Part shown: positions 1 to 8,942 of the stretch, in pieces
Layout of the letters: each line of letters begins with the position of its first letter
How positions within the stretch are numbered: the stretch's first letter is position 1
From: an uncultured Chloroflexia bacterium
GTDB lineage: Bacteria; Chloroflexota; Limnocylindria; Limnocylindrales; CSP1-4
Assembly (NCBI GenBank): GCA_963819655.1
Contig: CAWFXA010000003.1
Coordinates: 672,001 to 736,000, forward strand
Reading direction: 5' to 3'
DNA length: 64,000 nt
The notes under the pieces: generated by a model
What the model was told of the DNA's origin: nothing
Database searches by the model: none
Seen by the model: the letters and a program-made list of their open reading frames with translations, nothing else
Position numbers and translations under genes: made by a program

Positions 1-717
1 GCGCGCGATGTTGCTGGCGAAGGTGGCCACGATGACCCGCCCTTCGAGCGGCTCCATGATCTCGCGGAACGCCTCGCCGACGGTCCGCTCGGACGGGGTG
101 TAGCCCGGGTTCTCGGCGCGCGTCGAGTCGGACAGGAGGCAGATGACCCCTTCGGCGCCCATCCGTGCGAGCGTGGCGAAGTCGGACAGCTTGCCGTCGA
201 CCGGTGTGTGGTCGAACTTGAAGTCGCCCGTATGGACGATGGTCCCGATCGGCGTCCGGAGGGCGATGCCCATCGCATCCGGGATCGAATGGCCGACGCG
301 GAACGGGACGACATGGAACGGCCCGACGTCGATCTCGTCGCCGGGGTCGAGCGCGAGCACCGGATTGTTGTGGAGCTTGTGCTCCTTGATCTTGCTGCCG
401 AGGAGTCCGCGGGCCAGCGTGCTGGCATAGACGGGCACGCCCGGGAACTCGGGGAGCACGTACGGCAGCGCACCGACGTGGTCCTCGTGGGCATGTGTGA
501 TCAGGAAGGCCCTGACCTTTTCGCGGTTCTCCTTGAGGTAGGTGACATCGGGGATGACGAGGTCGATGCCGAACATCTCCTCGTCGGGGAACATGAGCCC
601 GCAGTCGATCACGACGATGTCGTCGCCGTACTCGAACACGTACATGTTCTTGCCGATCTCGCCCACCCCGCCGAGCGGGATGATGCGAAGCGGCACGTCT
701 GGGTCGGTGATGGTCAT
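1..717 (-). CDS. rnj: Ribonuclease J (5' part; runs off the window start)
   Basis: Hand translation gives MTITDPDVPLRIIPLGGVGEIGKNMYV..., ITHAHEDHVGA (metallo-beta-lactamase motif), HSIPDA and HTGDFKFD. ATG at 717 with AGGA upstream. Confidence 0.95.
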   Translation of the reverse strand, partial: MTITDPDVPLRIIPLGGVGEIGKNMYVFEYGDDIVVIDCGLMFPDEEMFGIDLVIPDVTYLKENREKVRAFLITHAHEDHVGALPYVLPEFPGVPVYASTLARGLLGSKIKEHKLHNNPVLALDPGDEIDVGPFHVVPFRVGHSIPDAMGIALRTPIGTIVHTGDFKFDHTPVDGKLSDFATLARMGAEGVICLLSDSTRAENPGYTPSERTVGEAFREIMEPLEGRVIVATFASNIAR

Positions 718-737
718 TCGGTTCCTATGGTTCGGTT

Positions 738-1442
738 CTAGAAGATGGTGAGTTGGTCGGTGGGGTCCGCCACCGTGTCGGCGTCCACCGCGGGGATCGT
801 CGCGGCGACCGAGACCGCCGTCTCGGCGGCGGCGAGGGTGCTCTGTCTGCGTCTCTCGCGGGCGTCGGTCAGCACGCGCGGGATGAGCGCGGCGTCCTCG
901 TAGCTCTCACGCTCGATCGATGGGGTACGGAGCGCGGCGGCGGGGTGATACATCGCCAAGACCGTCGCGTCGTGGGCTCCGGTCGCCGGGTCTGCGAGAC
1001 GGGTGGTGCCGTGTGCCTGCGAGATCCGCGCGCCGGGCATGAACCGGCCCATCGAGTGGCGGCCGAGCGTCACGATGACCGCAGGGTCGAGCGCCTCGAG
1101 CTGCCGCTGGAGATACGGCGCGCACGCGGCCACCTCGTCGGGCTCCGGGTCGCGGTTGCCGGGCGGACGGCACTTCACGATGTTGGTGATGAATACGTCC
1201 CCGCGCGTCCAGCCGATGTGGCCGAGCAGCTTCACCAATAGATCGCCGGCGCGGCCGACGAACGGCCGGCCCTGGAGATCCTCGTTCTGGCCCGGACCTT
1301 CGCCGACGAACAGAACCTCGGTCGACGGATCGCCCTCGCCAGGGACGGCGTTCGTGCGGGTGGTGTGGAGGCGGCAGCGCGTGCAGACGCGGACCTCCGC
1401 TGCGATCGCCTCGAGCGCCGCACGGCGCTCGGCCTCGGTCAC
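738..1442 (-). CDS. Uracil-DNA glycosylase, family 4 (Fe-S)
   Basis: CTRCRL, GEGPG, KCRPPGNRDP, CAPYL and HPAA motifs. GTG start overlaps the asd stop (GTGA). Confidence 0.93.
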   Translation of the reverse strand: MTEAERRAALEAIAAEVRVCTRCRLHTTRTNAVPGEGDPSTEVLFVGEGPGQNEDLQGRPFVGRAGDLLVKLLGHIGWTRGDVFITNIVKCRPPGNRDPEPDEVAACAPYLQRQLEALDPAVIVTLGRHSMGRFMPGARISQAHGTTRLADPATGAHDATVLAMYHPAAALRTPSIERESYEDAALIPRVLTDARERRRQSTLAAAETAVSVAATIPAVDADTVADPTDQLTIF

Positions 1443-2512
1443 GCGGGGGATCCGGCCGCGTCCCGTGTCGCGGCGGCCTTGACCCACCCGCGCTCGACCA
1501 GCAGCTCAGCCAGCTGGACGGCGTTGGTGGCGGCTCCCTTGCGGAGGTTGTCGCTGACGACCCAGAACGCCAGGCCTCGCCCGCCGTCGATCGATGGATC
1601 CTGGCGGACGCGCCCGACATAGATCTCGTCGGTGCCGGCCGCTTCGGTGGCCAGCGGATAGGTCGAGGTCGAGGGGTCGTCCTGGACGACGACGCCCGGT
1701 ACGGCGCCGAACAAGGTCCTGGCACGGTCCGGCGTGATCGGATCGGTCGTCTCGACGTGGACTGCCTCCGAATGCGCGACGAACACGGGGATGCGGACGG
1801 CCGTGCTCGAGATCCGCAGGTCCGGGAGGTGGAGGATCTTGCGGCTCTCCGTCACGACCTTCCACTCTTCCTTGGTGTAGCCGTTATCCAGGAACACATC
1901 GACCTGCGGGAGGGCGTTGAAGGCGATCTGGTGGGGGTAGACGCTCGCCTCGATCGGTTGGGCCTTGACATGTGCCTCGACCTGCGACTGCAGCTCGGTG
2001 ATCGCCTTGCCGCCGGTGCCGGAGACCGCCTGGTAGGTATCGACCACGACGCGCTCGAGGCCGACCGAATCGCGTAGAGCCATCAGGACCGGGACGAGCT
2101 GCATCGTCGAACAGTTCGGGTTGGCCACGATCCCTTCATGCCACCCCAGGTCGTCCGGATTGACCTGGCTGACGACGAGCGGCACAGAGGGATCCATGCG
2201 CCACGCGCTCGAGTTGTCGATGACGGTCGCGCCGCGCCTGGCGGCCTCTGGCGCCAGGGCCTTGGAGGCATCGCCACCCGCTGAGAAGAGCGCGATGTCG
2301 ACGCCGTCGAAGGCGTCGGGCGCGGCCTCACGGACGGGATGGCGGGTGCCGTTGACATCGAGCTCCGCGCCCGCGCTGCGGGCACTCGCGAGTAGCCGCA
2401 ACTCCCCGAACGGGAACTCCCGCTCGAGCAACATCCGGATCATCGTCCCGCCGACGACGCCGGTCGCGCCGACGACCGCGATCGTGAGTGGCTTGCTGGT
2501 CACCGAGGGCAT
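1439..2512 (-). CDS. asd: Aspartate-semialdehyde dehydrogenase
   Basis: VVGATGVVG, IDNSSAWRM, ANPNCST and DNLRKGAATNAVQ. Start trimmed to the ATG at 2512 (GGAG upstream). Confidence 0.96.
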   Translation of the reverse strand: MPSVTSKPLTIAVVGATGVVGGTMIRMLLEREFPFGELRLLASARSAGAELDVNGTRHPVREAAPDAFDGVDIALFSAGGDASKALAPEAARRGATVIDNSSAWRMDPSVPLVVSQVNPDDLGWHEGIVANPNCSTMQLVPVLMALRDSVGLERVVVDTYQAVSGTGGKAITELQSQVEAHVKAQPIEASVYPHQIAFNALPQVDVFLDNGYTKEEWKVVTESRKILHLPDLRISSTAVRIPVFVAHSEAVHVETTDPITPDRARTLFGAVPGVVVQDDPSTSTYPLATEAAGTDEIYVGRVRQDPSIDGGRGLAFWVVSDNLRKGAATNAVQLAELLVERGWVKAAATRDAAGSPA

Positions 2513-2550
2513 GGCTCCGCAGTGGTCTTGATCACGTCGGGCACGGCGGG

Positions 2551-2559
2551 AGTATAGCA
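2551..2559 (-). promoter_or_regulatory. Extended -10 element (TGcTATACT) upstream of asd
   Basis: TGn-TANNNT match 38 nt upstream of the asd start. The same pattern recurs upstream of rpsB, rplS and rpsO. Confidence 0.6.
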
Positions 2560-2669
2560 GCGAGTGTTGGCGGCACCCGACGTGGTCGGGCCGTTCGCCG
2601 ATCCCGGCGATGCGAGCATGATCCGCTACCTGCGTGACTGGCACGGGGCCGCCGCCTGGTGTCGGTCCG

Positions 2670-2826
2670 GATTCTGTCCCCACCAGACGATCGGGGCGTT
2701 CGGAGGCGATAACGGTGGGTTGATGCGGGTATTCGCTCACGGCCGAGCGTGTGGGAGGCGTTGGCGACCGGCCGTCGATGGCCTTATGGCACTCCAAGCG
2801 CCGGATCGTCTGCTGCCACCAGAATC
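2670..2826. repeat. Long imperfect inverted repeat (~45-bp arms)
   Basis: GATTCTG(2670)/CAGAATC(2820), CAGACGATC(2684)/GATCGTCTG(2804), GGAG/CTCC and ATAA/TTAT pair about one axis at ~2748. Confidence 0.7.
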
Positions 2827-2987
2827 GCGAGGCGCATTGGTCCGCCGTGTGCGCCTTGTGCGCCGTGCCGCCGATCGTCGCCGATCTCGACGGTGGCCGA
2901 CGCCGCTCTAACGCGGATCGCCGACCCACGACGATCGCCACGGCGCCGCACGCCAGCCCGAGCGTGAGCGGCACCAACCGTGACCCG

Positions 2988-3026
2988 AAAAGCAAGACCG
3001 GCCGGGCCCGGAGGCGCCGACCGGTC
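2988..3026 (-). terminator. Intrinsic terminator after pnp
   Basis: Minus-strand stem GACCGGTCGG...CCGGCCGGTC followed by TTGCTTTT, ~30 nt after the pnp stop. Confidence 0.7.
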
Positions 3027-3054
3027 GAATGTCGCTGGGGTTGTACCCGAGGAG

Positions 3055-5643
3055 TTAACTCCCGACAGGCTCCTTGGCGAGGTGTCGCTGCATCGCGGCC
3101 TTGCGCGACAGGTTGACGCGGCCCTGCCGGTCGATCTCGGTCACGACGACCATCACCTCGTCGCCGACGGACACGACGTCCTCGACGGTGGGCACGTGGT
3201 AGTCGGCGAGCTCGCCGATGCGGACCAGGCCCTCCTTGCCGGGCAGGATCTCGACGAACGCGCCGAAGCCCATGATCCGGGTCACCTTGCCGAGATACAG
3301 GGCGCCGATCTCGACCTCGCGGGTCAGGCTCTCGATCCACTGGATCGCCTTGCGCGAGTTCTCGCCGGACACGGCCGCGATCTCCACGGTGCCGTCGTCC
3401 TCGACGTTGATCTCGGTCTGGGTCTCTTCCTGGATCTTGCGGATCATCGATCCGCCCTTGCCGATGATCTCGCGGATCTTCTCGGGGTTGATCTTGATCG
3501 TGATGATGCGCGGCGCGAAGTCGCTCATCTCCACGCGGGCCTCTGGCAGCACCGCGGTCATCTTGTCGAGGATCTCGAGGCGGGCCACGAGAGCCTGCTT
3601 GAGACCGTCACGGATGATCGCCTCGCTGATGCCCTGGACCTTGATGTCCATCTGCAGGGCGGTCACGCCGTCCCGCGTGCCGGTCACCTTGAAGTCCATG
3701 TCCCCGATCGAATCCTCCTTGCCGAGGATGTCGGTCAGGACCACGAACCGGCCGTCGGGCTCGCTGATCAGGCCCATCGCCGCACCGGCGACCGGTGCCT
3801 TGATCGGCACGCCGGCGTCCATCAGCGCGAGGGTCGATCCGCACGTCGAGGCCATCGACGTCGAGCCATTCGACGTCACGCACTCGCTCACGAGGCGGAT
3901 GACGTACGGGAACTCATCGTGGTCCGGGAGGACAGGCACGAGTGCCCGCTCGGCGAGATGGCCATGGCCGATGTCGCGCCGGCTGGGCCCGCGCATCGGC
4001 TTGTTCTCGCCGGTGCTGTACGGCGGGAAGTTGTAGTGGTGGAGGTAGCGCTTCTCGGTCTCCGGGCTGATCGTGTCGATCCGCTGGACGTCCGAGGACG
4101 AACCGAGCGTCGCCACGGTCAGCGCCTGCGTATCACCGCGCGTGAACAGGCCGGAGCCATGGGCGCGTGGGACGAGTCCGACCTCCACGCTGATGGGCCG
4201 GATCTCGGTCAGACCGCGACCGTCGATGCGGATGCCCTCGTCGAGGACGAGCTGGCGGACGGTCTTCTTCTGGATCAGGTTGAACAGGCCCTTGCTGACA
4301 CGTGCGTCGCGGCGGGCGAACTCGAGCAGGCTGGCAGTGTCGCCACCCGTGCGCTGGGCGCGGACCGCGTCGGCGATCGCTGTGCGCAGGGTCGAGATCC
4401 GACCCGGCAGGTCCCTCGCGAACCAGATCAGGAGGTTCGCGGTCGCCTCGGCGTCCGGGAGCGCCCGATGGCTCTGGGTCAGGTCGACGCCGAAGAAGCG
4501 CGCCAGGTCCGGGAGCTTGTACGAGTCGCCGCCAGGGTAGCCCTCGCGGGCGATGATCAGGGTGTCGAGGTATGTGCCGGGCTGGAAGCGGAACCCGTCG
4601 CCCTTGGCCTCTTCCATGAAGGCGAGGTCGAAGCCGACGTTGTGCCCGACGACCTTGGCGTCGCCCACGAAGGCGAGCAGCTGATCGGCCGCCTCGCGGG
4701 GACTCGGCGCGCCCTTGACGTCCTTGTCGGTGATGCCGTGCATCTGGTTGCCGACGATGGGCCGGCCGGGGTTCACGAAGGTCGACCAGCGGTCAACGAT
4801 GTCCGTGCCCTTGACCTTGACCGCGGCGACCTCGAGGAGGTCGGCCATCTTCGGATCGGTGCCGGTCGTCTCCACGTCGATGACGACGAGCTCGCGCTTG
4901 TCGTCGGTCGCGGAGGCGAACTCGAGGACCGAGCTCGTCGGGGGCTCGAGGTACGGGACGCGCTTCGCCTTGCCGACCGCCTTCTGGATCTCCTCCTGGA
5001 GGTCCACGATCGGCTGCAGCGCGCGATGCCCGAACAGGATGGCCTCGGCCATGACGTCCTCGGGCAGCAGCTTGGCGCCGGCCTCGACCATCATGATCGC
5101 GTCGCGTGTGCCGGCGACGATCAGGTCGAGCTCGGAGTCGGCGAGTTGGCTGAAGGTCGGGTTGACGACGAACTCTCCGCCGATGCGCCCGACACGGACC
5201 GAGCCGATCGGCCCGTTGAACGGGATCTCACTGATCGTCAGGGCGGCTGATGCCGCGATCGTGCCGACCACGTCGGGGAGGTTCTCCTGGTCGGTCGAGA
5301 GGACCGTGATGACCAGCTGGACGTCGTCCTTGTAGCCCTCGGGGAAGAGGGGACGGATCGGTCGGTCCGTCTGGCGGGCCGCGAGGATCGCGTTCTCCGA
5401 TGGACGGGCCTCGCGCTTGATGAAGCCGCCCGGGATCTTGCCCGCGGCGTACATCCGCTCCTCGAAATCGACGGTGAGCGGGAAGAAGTCCAGCCCGGGG
5501 CGGGGCTCGGAACGGTTGGCAGTGCCGAGCACCATGGTGTCACCGTAGCGGACGGTGACGGAACCGCCGGCGAGCCGTGCAAGCTTGCCGGTTTCGATGG
5601 TCAGTGTGCGACCACCGAACTCTGTCTCGAAAGTCTGAGACAA
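3055..5643 (-). CDS. pnp: Polyribonucleotide nucleotidyltransferase (PNPase) with an inserted DEDDh 3'-5' exonuclease domain
   Basis: PH1 ([27 protein letters not shown]), PH2 ([33 protein letters not shown]), KH (IIGKGG) and S1 are present. Residues ~250-410 carry [15 protein letters not shown] and HRALPD. Lies downstream of rpsO; TTG start with GGAGG. Confidence 0.96.
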   Translation of the reverse strand: MSQTFETEFGGRTLTIETGKLARLAGGSVTVRYGDTMVLGTANRSEPRPGLDFFPLTVDFEERMYAAGKIPGGFIKREARPSENAILAARQTDRPIRPLFPEGYKDDVQLVITVLSTDQENLPDVVGTIAASAALTISEIPFNGPIGSVRVGRIGGEFVVNPTFSQLADSELDLIVAGTRDAIMMVEAGAKLLPEDVMAEAILFGHRALQPIVDLQEEIQKAVGKAKRVPYLEPPTSSVLEFASATDDKRELVVIDVETTGTDPKMADLLEVAAVKVKGTDIVDRWSTFVNPGRPIVGNQMHGITDKDVKGAPSPREAADQLLAFVGDAKVVGHNVGFDLAFMEEAKGDGFRFQPGTYLDTLIIAREGYPGGDSYKLPDLARFFGVDLTQSHRALPDAEATANLLIWFARDLPGRISTLRTAIADAVRAQRTGGDTASLLEFARRDARVSKGLFNLIQKKTVRQLVLDEGIRIDGRGLTEIRPISVEVGLVPRAHGSGLFTRGDTQALTVATLGSSSDVQRIDTISPETEKRYLHHYNFPPYSTGENKPMRGPSRRDIGHGHLAERALVPVLPDHDEFPYVIRLVSECVTSNGSTSMASTCGSTLALMDAGVPIKAPVAGAAMGLISEPDGRFVVLTDILGKEDSIGDMDFKVTGTRDGVTALQMDIKVQGISEAIIRDGLKQALVARLEILDKMTAVLPEARVEMSDFAPRIITIKINPEKIREIIGKGGSMIRKIQEETQTEINVEDDGTVEIAAVSGENSRKAIQWIESLTREVEIGALYLGKVTRIMGFGAFVEILPGKEGLVRIGELADYHVPTVEDVVSVGDEVMVVVTEIDRQGRVNLSRKAAMQRHLAKEPVGS

Positions 5644-5766
5644 GGGAAACGATCCTCCTTGGTCGTGGAGGAGAAGTCGACCCGCGGGCGGGTCAGCCTG
5701 CTTCGCAGCCGGCGCCGTGTATGCGAGGACCCCGGGCGGTCTGCCCGAGGTCCGTGAGCGGCGACG

Positions 5767-6036
5767 CTAGCGGCGGAGTCCGAGCCGTCCGATGACGGTC
5801 CGGTAGCGCGCGCTGTCCTTCTTCATCAGGTATGCGAGAAGGCGGCGGCGCTGGCCGACGAGCTTGAGGAGGCCGCGACGCGAATGGTTGTCCTTCGGGA
5901 AGCGCCGGAGATGGTCCGTCAGGTCCTTGATCCGCTCGGTCAAGAGCGCGACCTGGACCTCTGGTGAACCGGTATCGCCATCGTTTGTGGCGTAGCCGGT
6001 GACGATCTCCTGCTTCAGTTCCCGCGCGAGCGGCAC
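5767..6036 (-). CDS. rpsO: 30S ribosomal protein S15
   Basis: [13 protein letters not shown]...[23 protein letters not shown] start with GGAGG. Confidence 0.97.
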   Translation of the reverse strand: MPLARELKQEIVTGYATNDGDTGSPEVQVALLTERIKDLTDHLRRFPKDNHSRRGLLKLVGQRRRLLAYLMKKDSARYRTVIGRLGLRR

Positions 6037-6159
6037 TCGGTCCTCCGACACGATCTGTGTGCTTGTACCTTCCTGTTTGACCGGCGGATGGTAGCAGAGA
6101 GGCCTCGAACGCGCCATCGAGCGCCGGTCGGCCCGTCCGACCCCGGCTATCCTTCGCCC

Positions 6160-6723
6160 ATGCCGCGGCTGACGAGGATCTACACGAAGACCGGCGACGA
6201 GGGGATGACCGGGCTCGGTGGCGGCAGGCGCGTGGCGAAGGACTCTCCGCGGGTCCGCGCGTACGGCACCGTCGACGAGTTGAACTCCGCGATCGGGGTC
6301 GCCCTCGCGCTCGGGCTCACCGACCGGCTCACGAGCGAGCTCGGATCTATCCAGAACGAGCTGTTCGACCTCGGGTCGGACCTGTGCTGGCCCGAGGACG
6401 ACGAACGCCGCGCGCGTATCCCGACCGTGCAGCCAAAGCACGTCCGGAGGCTCGAGGCGCTCATCGATGAGCTCAACGAGGTGGTCGGTCCGCTGACGAA
6501 CTTCCTGCTCCCGGGCGGCGCACCGGGCGCTGCGCAGCTCCACGTCGCCCGCACGATCTGCCGGCGCGCTGAACGCGAGGCGATCACGCTGTCACATGAG
6601 GAGCCGATCGGACAGCTGGTCCTCCCCTATCTCAATCGGTTGTCGGACGCGCTGTTCGTCATGGCCCGTTTCGAGAACCACGAACGCGGCGTCGACGAGC
6701 CGCTCTGGCAGCCCGGGCTGTAG
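6160..6723 (+). CDS. ATP:cob(I)alamin adenosyltransferase, PduO type
   Basis: [29 protein letters not shown] and [13 protein letters not shown] lies 6 nt after TATCCT, so probably leaderless. Confidence 0.93.
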   Translation: MPRLTRIYTKTGDEGMTGLGGGRRVAKDSPRVRAYGTVDELNSAIGVALALGLTDRLTSELGSIQNELFDLGSDLCWPEDDERRARIPTVQPKHVRRLEALIDELNEVVGPLTNFLLPGGAPGAAQLHVARTICRRAEREAITLSHEEPIGQLVLPYLNRLSDALFVMARFENHERGVDEPLWQPGL

Positions 6724-6726
6724 GCG

Positions 6727-7242
6727 TCAGGACGCGGCGCGCTCCGGCCAGCAGAACTCGGCGTCGACCATCGGTTCGCCGGGACCCGCCGCCCCCGGTT
6801 CGAATGGCGTCCGGAACGTGAACGCAGCGGGCGTCGGGCCGTCGCGCCGCAGACGCTCGAGCCGATCGAGGGCTTGGTCGAGGGTCGGGATCTGCCCGGC
6901 CGGTACCCACCACAGCACGAGGTGCGCTGTCGCCAGCCGCTCGAACCACGATCGCCGTTCGCGGAGCACGTGGACGTGAGCCGTCGTGTACGTGAACGCG
7001 CGAAGCGCCTCGAGCGACCTCCACACGCTCATGTTGATCAGGAACAGGTCATCCTCGGTCGACCGGATCGACGTCGCGTTCCCGGCGTCCGTCTGGAGCC
7101 GCCACACCATCCCCGGGTCGGCGTCAGCCAAGGCGTTGATGGGCTCGAGCTGAGCCACGAAGCCGGCGATAGCCGGCGACTCGACAGGTGCCAGCAGGCG
7201 ACCGACATTGAGCTGGGCCAGGTGCCACTGCGACTCGGTCAC
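6727..7242 (-). CDS. DUF3291-family protein
   Basis: HLAQLNVGRL, INALAD..PGMVWRLQ, NMSVW and LWWVPAG..PT pattern. GTGA overlap with the ribF stop. Confidence 0.8.
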   Translation of the reverse strand: MTESQWHLAQLNVGRLLAPVESPAIAGFVAQLEPINALADADPGMVWRLQTDAGNATSIRSTEDDLFLINMSVWRSLEALRAFTYTTAHVHVLRERRSWFERLATAHLVLWWVPAGQIPTLDQALDRLERLRRDGPTPAAFTFRTPFEPGAAGPGEPMVDAEFCWPERAAS

Positions 7243-7979
7243 GCCGTCAACTCCATGCTGATGGGTCCGTCCTCCACGGGCAGCGCGATCTCGACCGTAC
7301 CATCCCGCACGGTGACGCTCGTCGGCCGTCCATCGATGCGGGACGCGTACCGCCCGGGGGGAGGCATCGCCAGAGGCCACCCGAACGTGACGGCCCTGTC
7401 ACGGACCTGGCCGCGCAGGGAGACCGGTCGACCGAGCAGGCGCTCCGCCGTCGCCAGGTCCCCGGCGCCGATGGCCTCACGGATCGCGGAGCTGCTGACG
7501 GATGCACCATCGAGGACGAACGGCTCGACGACCACGAGATCGAACCCCTTCGTCTTGCCCAAAGCGGCGACGGCCTCCGGAGTGCCGCGGCGCTCGAAGC
7601 CGAACGCGGCGTCTGGCGTCATGAGGAGGCCGGCGAGCTCGGACCCGTTCCGGATCGCGGCGATGAAGTCGTCGTATGTCGTTCGCCGGACCGCCTCGTC
7701 GAAATGCTGTACCACGGTGACCTCGACGCCCAGCGCGGCGAGTCGCTCGAGGCGCTCGTCCGGGTGGACCAGCAATGGCGGCGCCGACCCGGTCAGGACC
7801 TCGTCGGGGTGGTGGTCGAAGGTGATCACCGTCGGCCGGGCGTGGCGCGCTTCCGCCTCGCGCACCAGGTGCTCGAGCAGGTAGACGTGTCCGCGGTGCA
7901 GGCCATCGAACACACCGATCACCGCAAATACCGGCCCATGCCCGGGACGAAGCCCCTCGACCCCGGCGACGACATCCAT
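7239..7979 (-). CDS. ribF: FAD synthetase (FMN adenylyltransferase) with truncated or degenerate riboflavin kinase module
   Basis: IGVFDGLHRGH, ITFDHHP, VSSSAIR and LLGRP; follows truB. Only 246 aa and has no PTAN motif. Confidence 0.85.
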   Translation of the reverse strand: MDVVAGVEGLRPGHGPVFAVIGVFDGLHRGHVYLLEHLVREAEARHARPTVITFDHHPDEVLTGSAPPLLVHPDERLERLAALGVEVTVVQHFDEAVRRTTYDDFIAAIRNGSELAGLLMTPDAAFGFERRGTPEAVAALGKTKGFDLVVVEPFVLDGASVSSSAIREAIGAGDLATAERLLGRPVSLRGQVRDRAVTFGWPLAMPPPGRYASRIDGRPTSVTVRDGTVEIALPVEDGPISMELTA

Positions 7980-8941
7980 CAGGCGGGCGTGCCGGCTCCG
8001 GCGGGTGCATCGGCCGCGACCAGCACCTTGTCTGGGGCCAGCCTGCCTGGTCCGGCGGGGATCGCGATCGCGACGAGGGTCCCGGCGGGACCTCGCAGGC
8101 GGTAGTGGTCCGCGCCGGCTGGAACTTGAGCCGAGGGTCGGACGAACTGGCCACGGGCCACGGCAGCGACCTCGTCGCGCGTGAGATCGACGACCGGGAA
8201 ACGGTCGAGCCCGGTGTCGATCGGTCGCAGGAGGGCCGTCAGCGACGACGGCCCGTCGGCGGCTGCCTCGCGGACGCGGTCGAGCTGGATCGCATCGGCC
8301 TCCGTGAATGGACCGGCCGCGGTCCTGCGCAGCGCCCCGAGGTATGCGGCGCTGCCGAGCCGCTCACCGAGGTCGCGCGCAAGGGCGCGGATATAGGTGC
8401 CGGCGGAACAGACGACGTCGACGATGGCGATCGGGCGCTCCGGTTCGGAATCGTCCCAGGAGACGAGCGTCAGGTCCTCGATGACGACCTCGCGGGTCTT
8501 CAATTCGAGCGTGCCGCCTGCACGGGCCACTGCGTAGGCACGCCGGCCACCGACCTTGATCGCGGAGAAGGCCGGCGGCCGCTGCGAGATGGTGCCCGTG
8601 AACTCGGGCAACGCGGCTTCGACGCGCGCGCGATCCGGCGCCGGACCGGTCGCCGGCGTCATCTCACCCTCGAGGTCATCGGTCGTCGATGACGCCCCGA
8701 AGCAGATCGTCGCCCGATACGCCTTGCGGTCGGCCAGATGGAATTCGACGATCCTGGTCGCCCGTCCGAGGAACACGGGCAGGACCCCCGATGCGAATGG
8801 GTCGAGCGTCCCGCCGTGGCCGACGCGCTTCGTGGCGGCCAGACGCCGGACGAGCCCGACGATGTCGTGCGAGGTCGGGCCGATCGGCTTGTCAATGACA
8901 AGGATCCCGTCGAGACCGGGGCCCAGCGAGGAGCGGGCCAT
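7979..8941 (-). CDS. truB: tRNA pseudouridine(55) synthase
   Basis: DKPIGPTSHD, GHGGTLDPFASG, CSAGTYIRALARD. Confidence 0.96.
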   Translation of the reverse strand: MARSSLGPGLDGILVIDKPIGPTSHDIVGLVRRLAATKRVGHGGTLDPFASGVLPVFLGRATRIVEFHLADRKAYRATICFGASSTTDDLEGEMTPATGPAPDRARVEAALPEFTGTISQRPPAFSAIKVGGRRAYAVARAGGTLELKTREVVIEDLTLVSWDDSEPERPIAIVDVVCSAGTYIRALARDLGERLGSAAYLGALRRTAAGPFTEADAIQLDRVREAAADGPSSLTALLRPIDTGLDRFPVVDLTRDEVAAVARGQFVRPSAQVPAGADHYRLRGPAGTLVAIAIPAGPGRLAPDKVLVAADAPAGAGTPA

Positions 8942-8942
8942 G

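Noticed and set aside
2513-3340. Apparent 276-aa N-terminal extension of Asd in the ORF track
   Set aside because: It overlaps the pnp 3' end, its terminator and the asd promoter, and the composition is not protein-like. The real start is at 2512.
4414-4896. PNPase insert as an intein or mobile element
   Set aside because: No Cys/Ser start, no His-Asn end, no LAGLIDADG/HNH motif, and no terminal repeats or target duplication. The motifs are those of a DEDDh nuclease.
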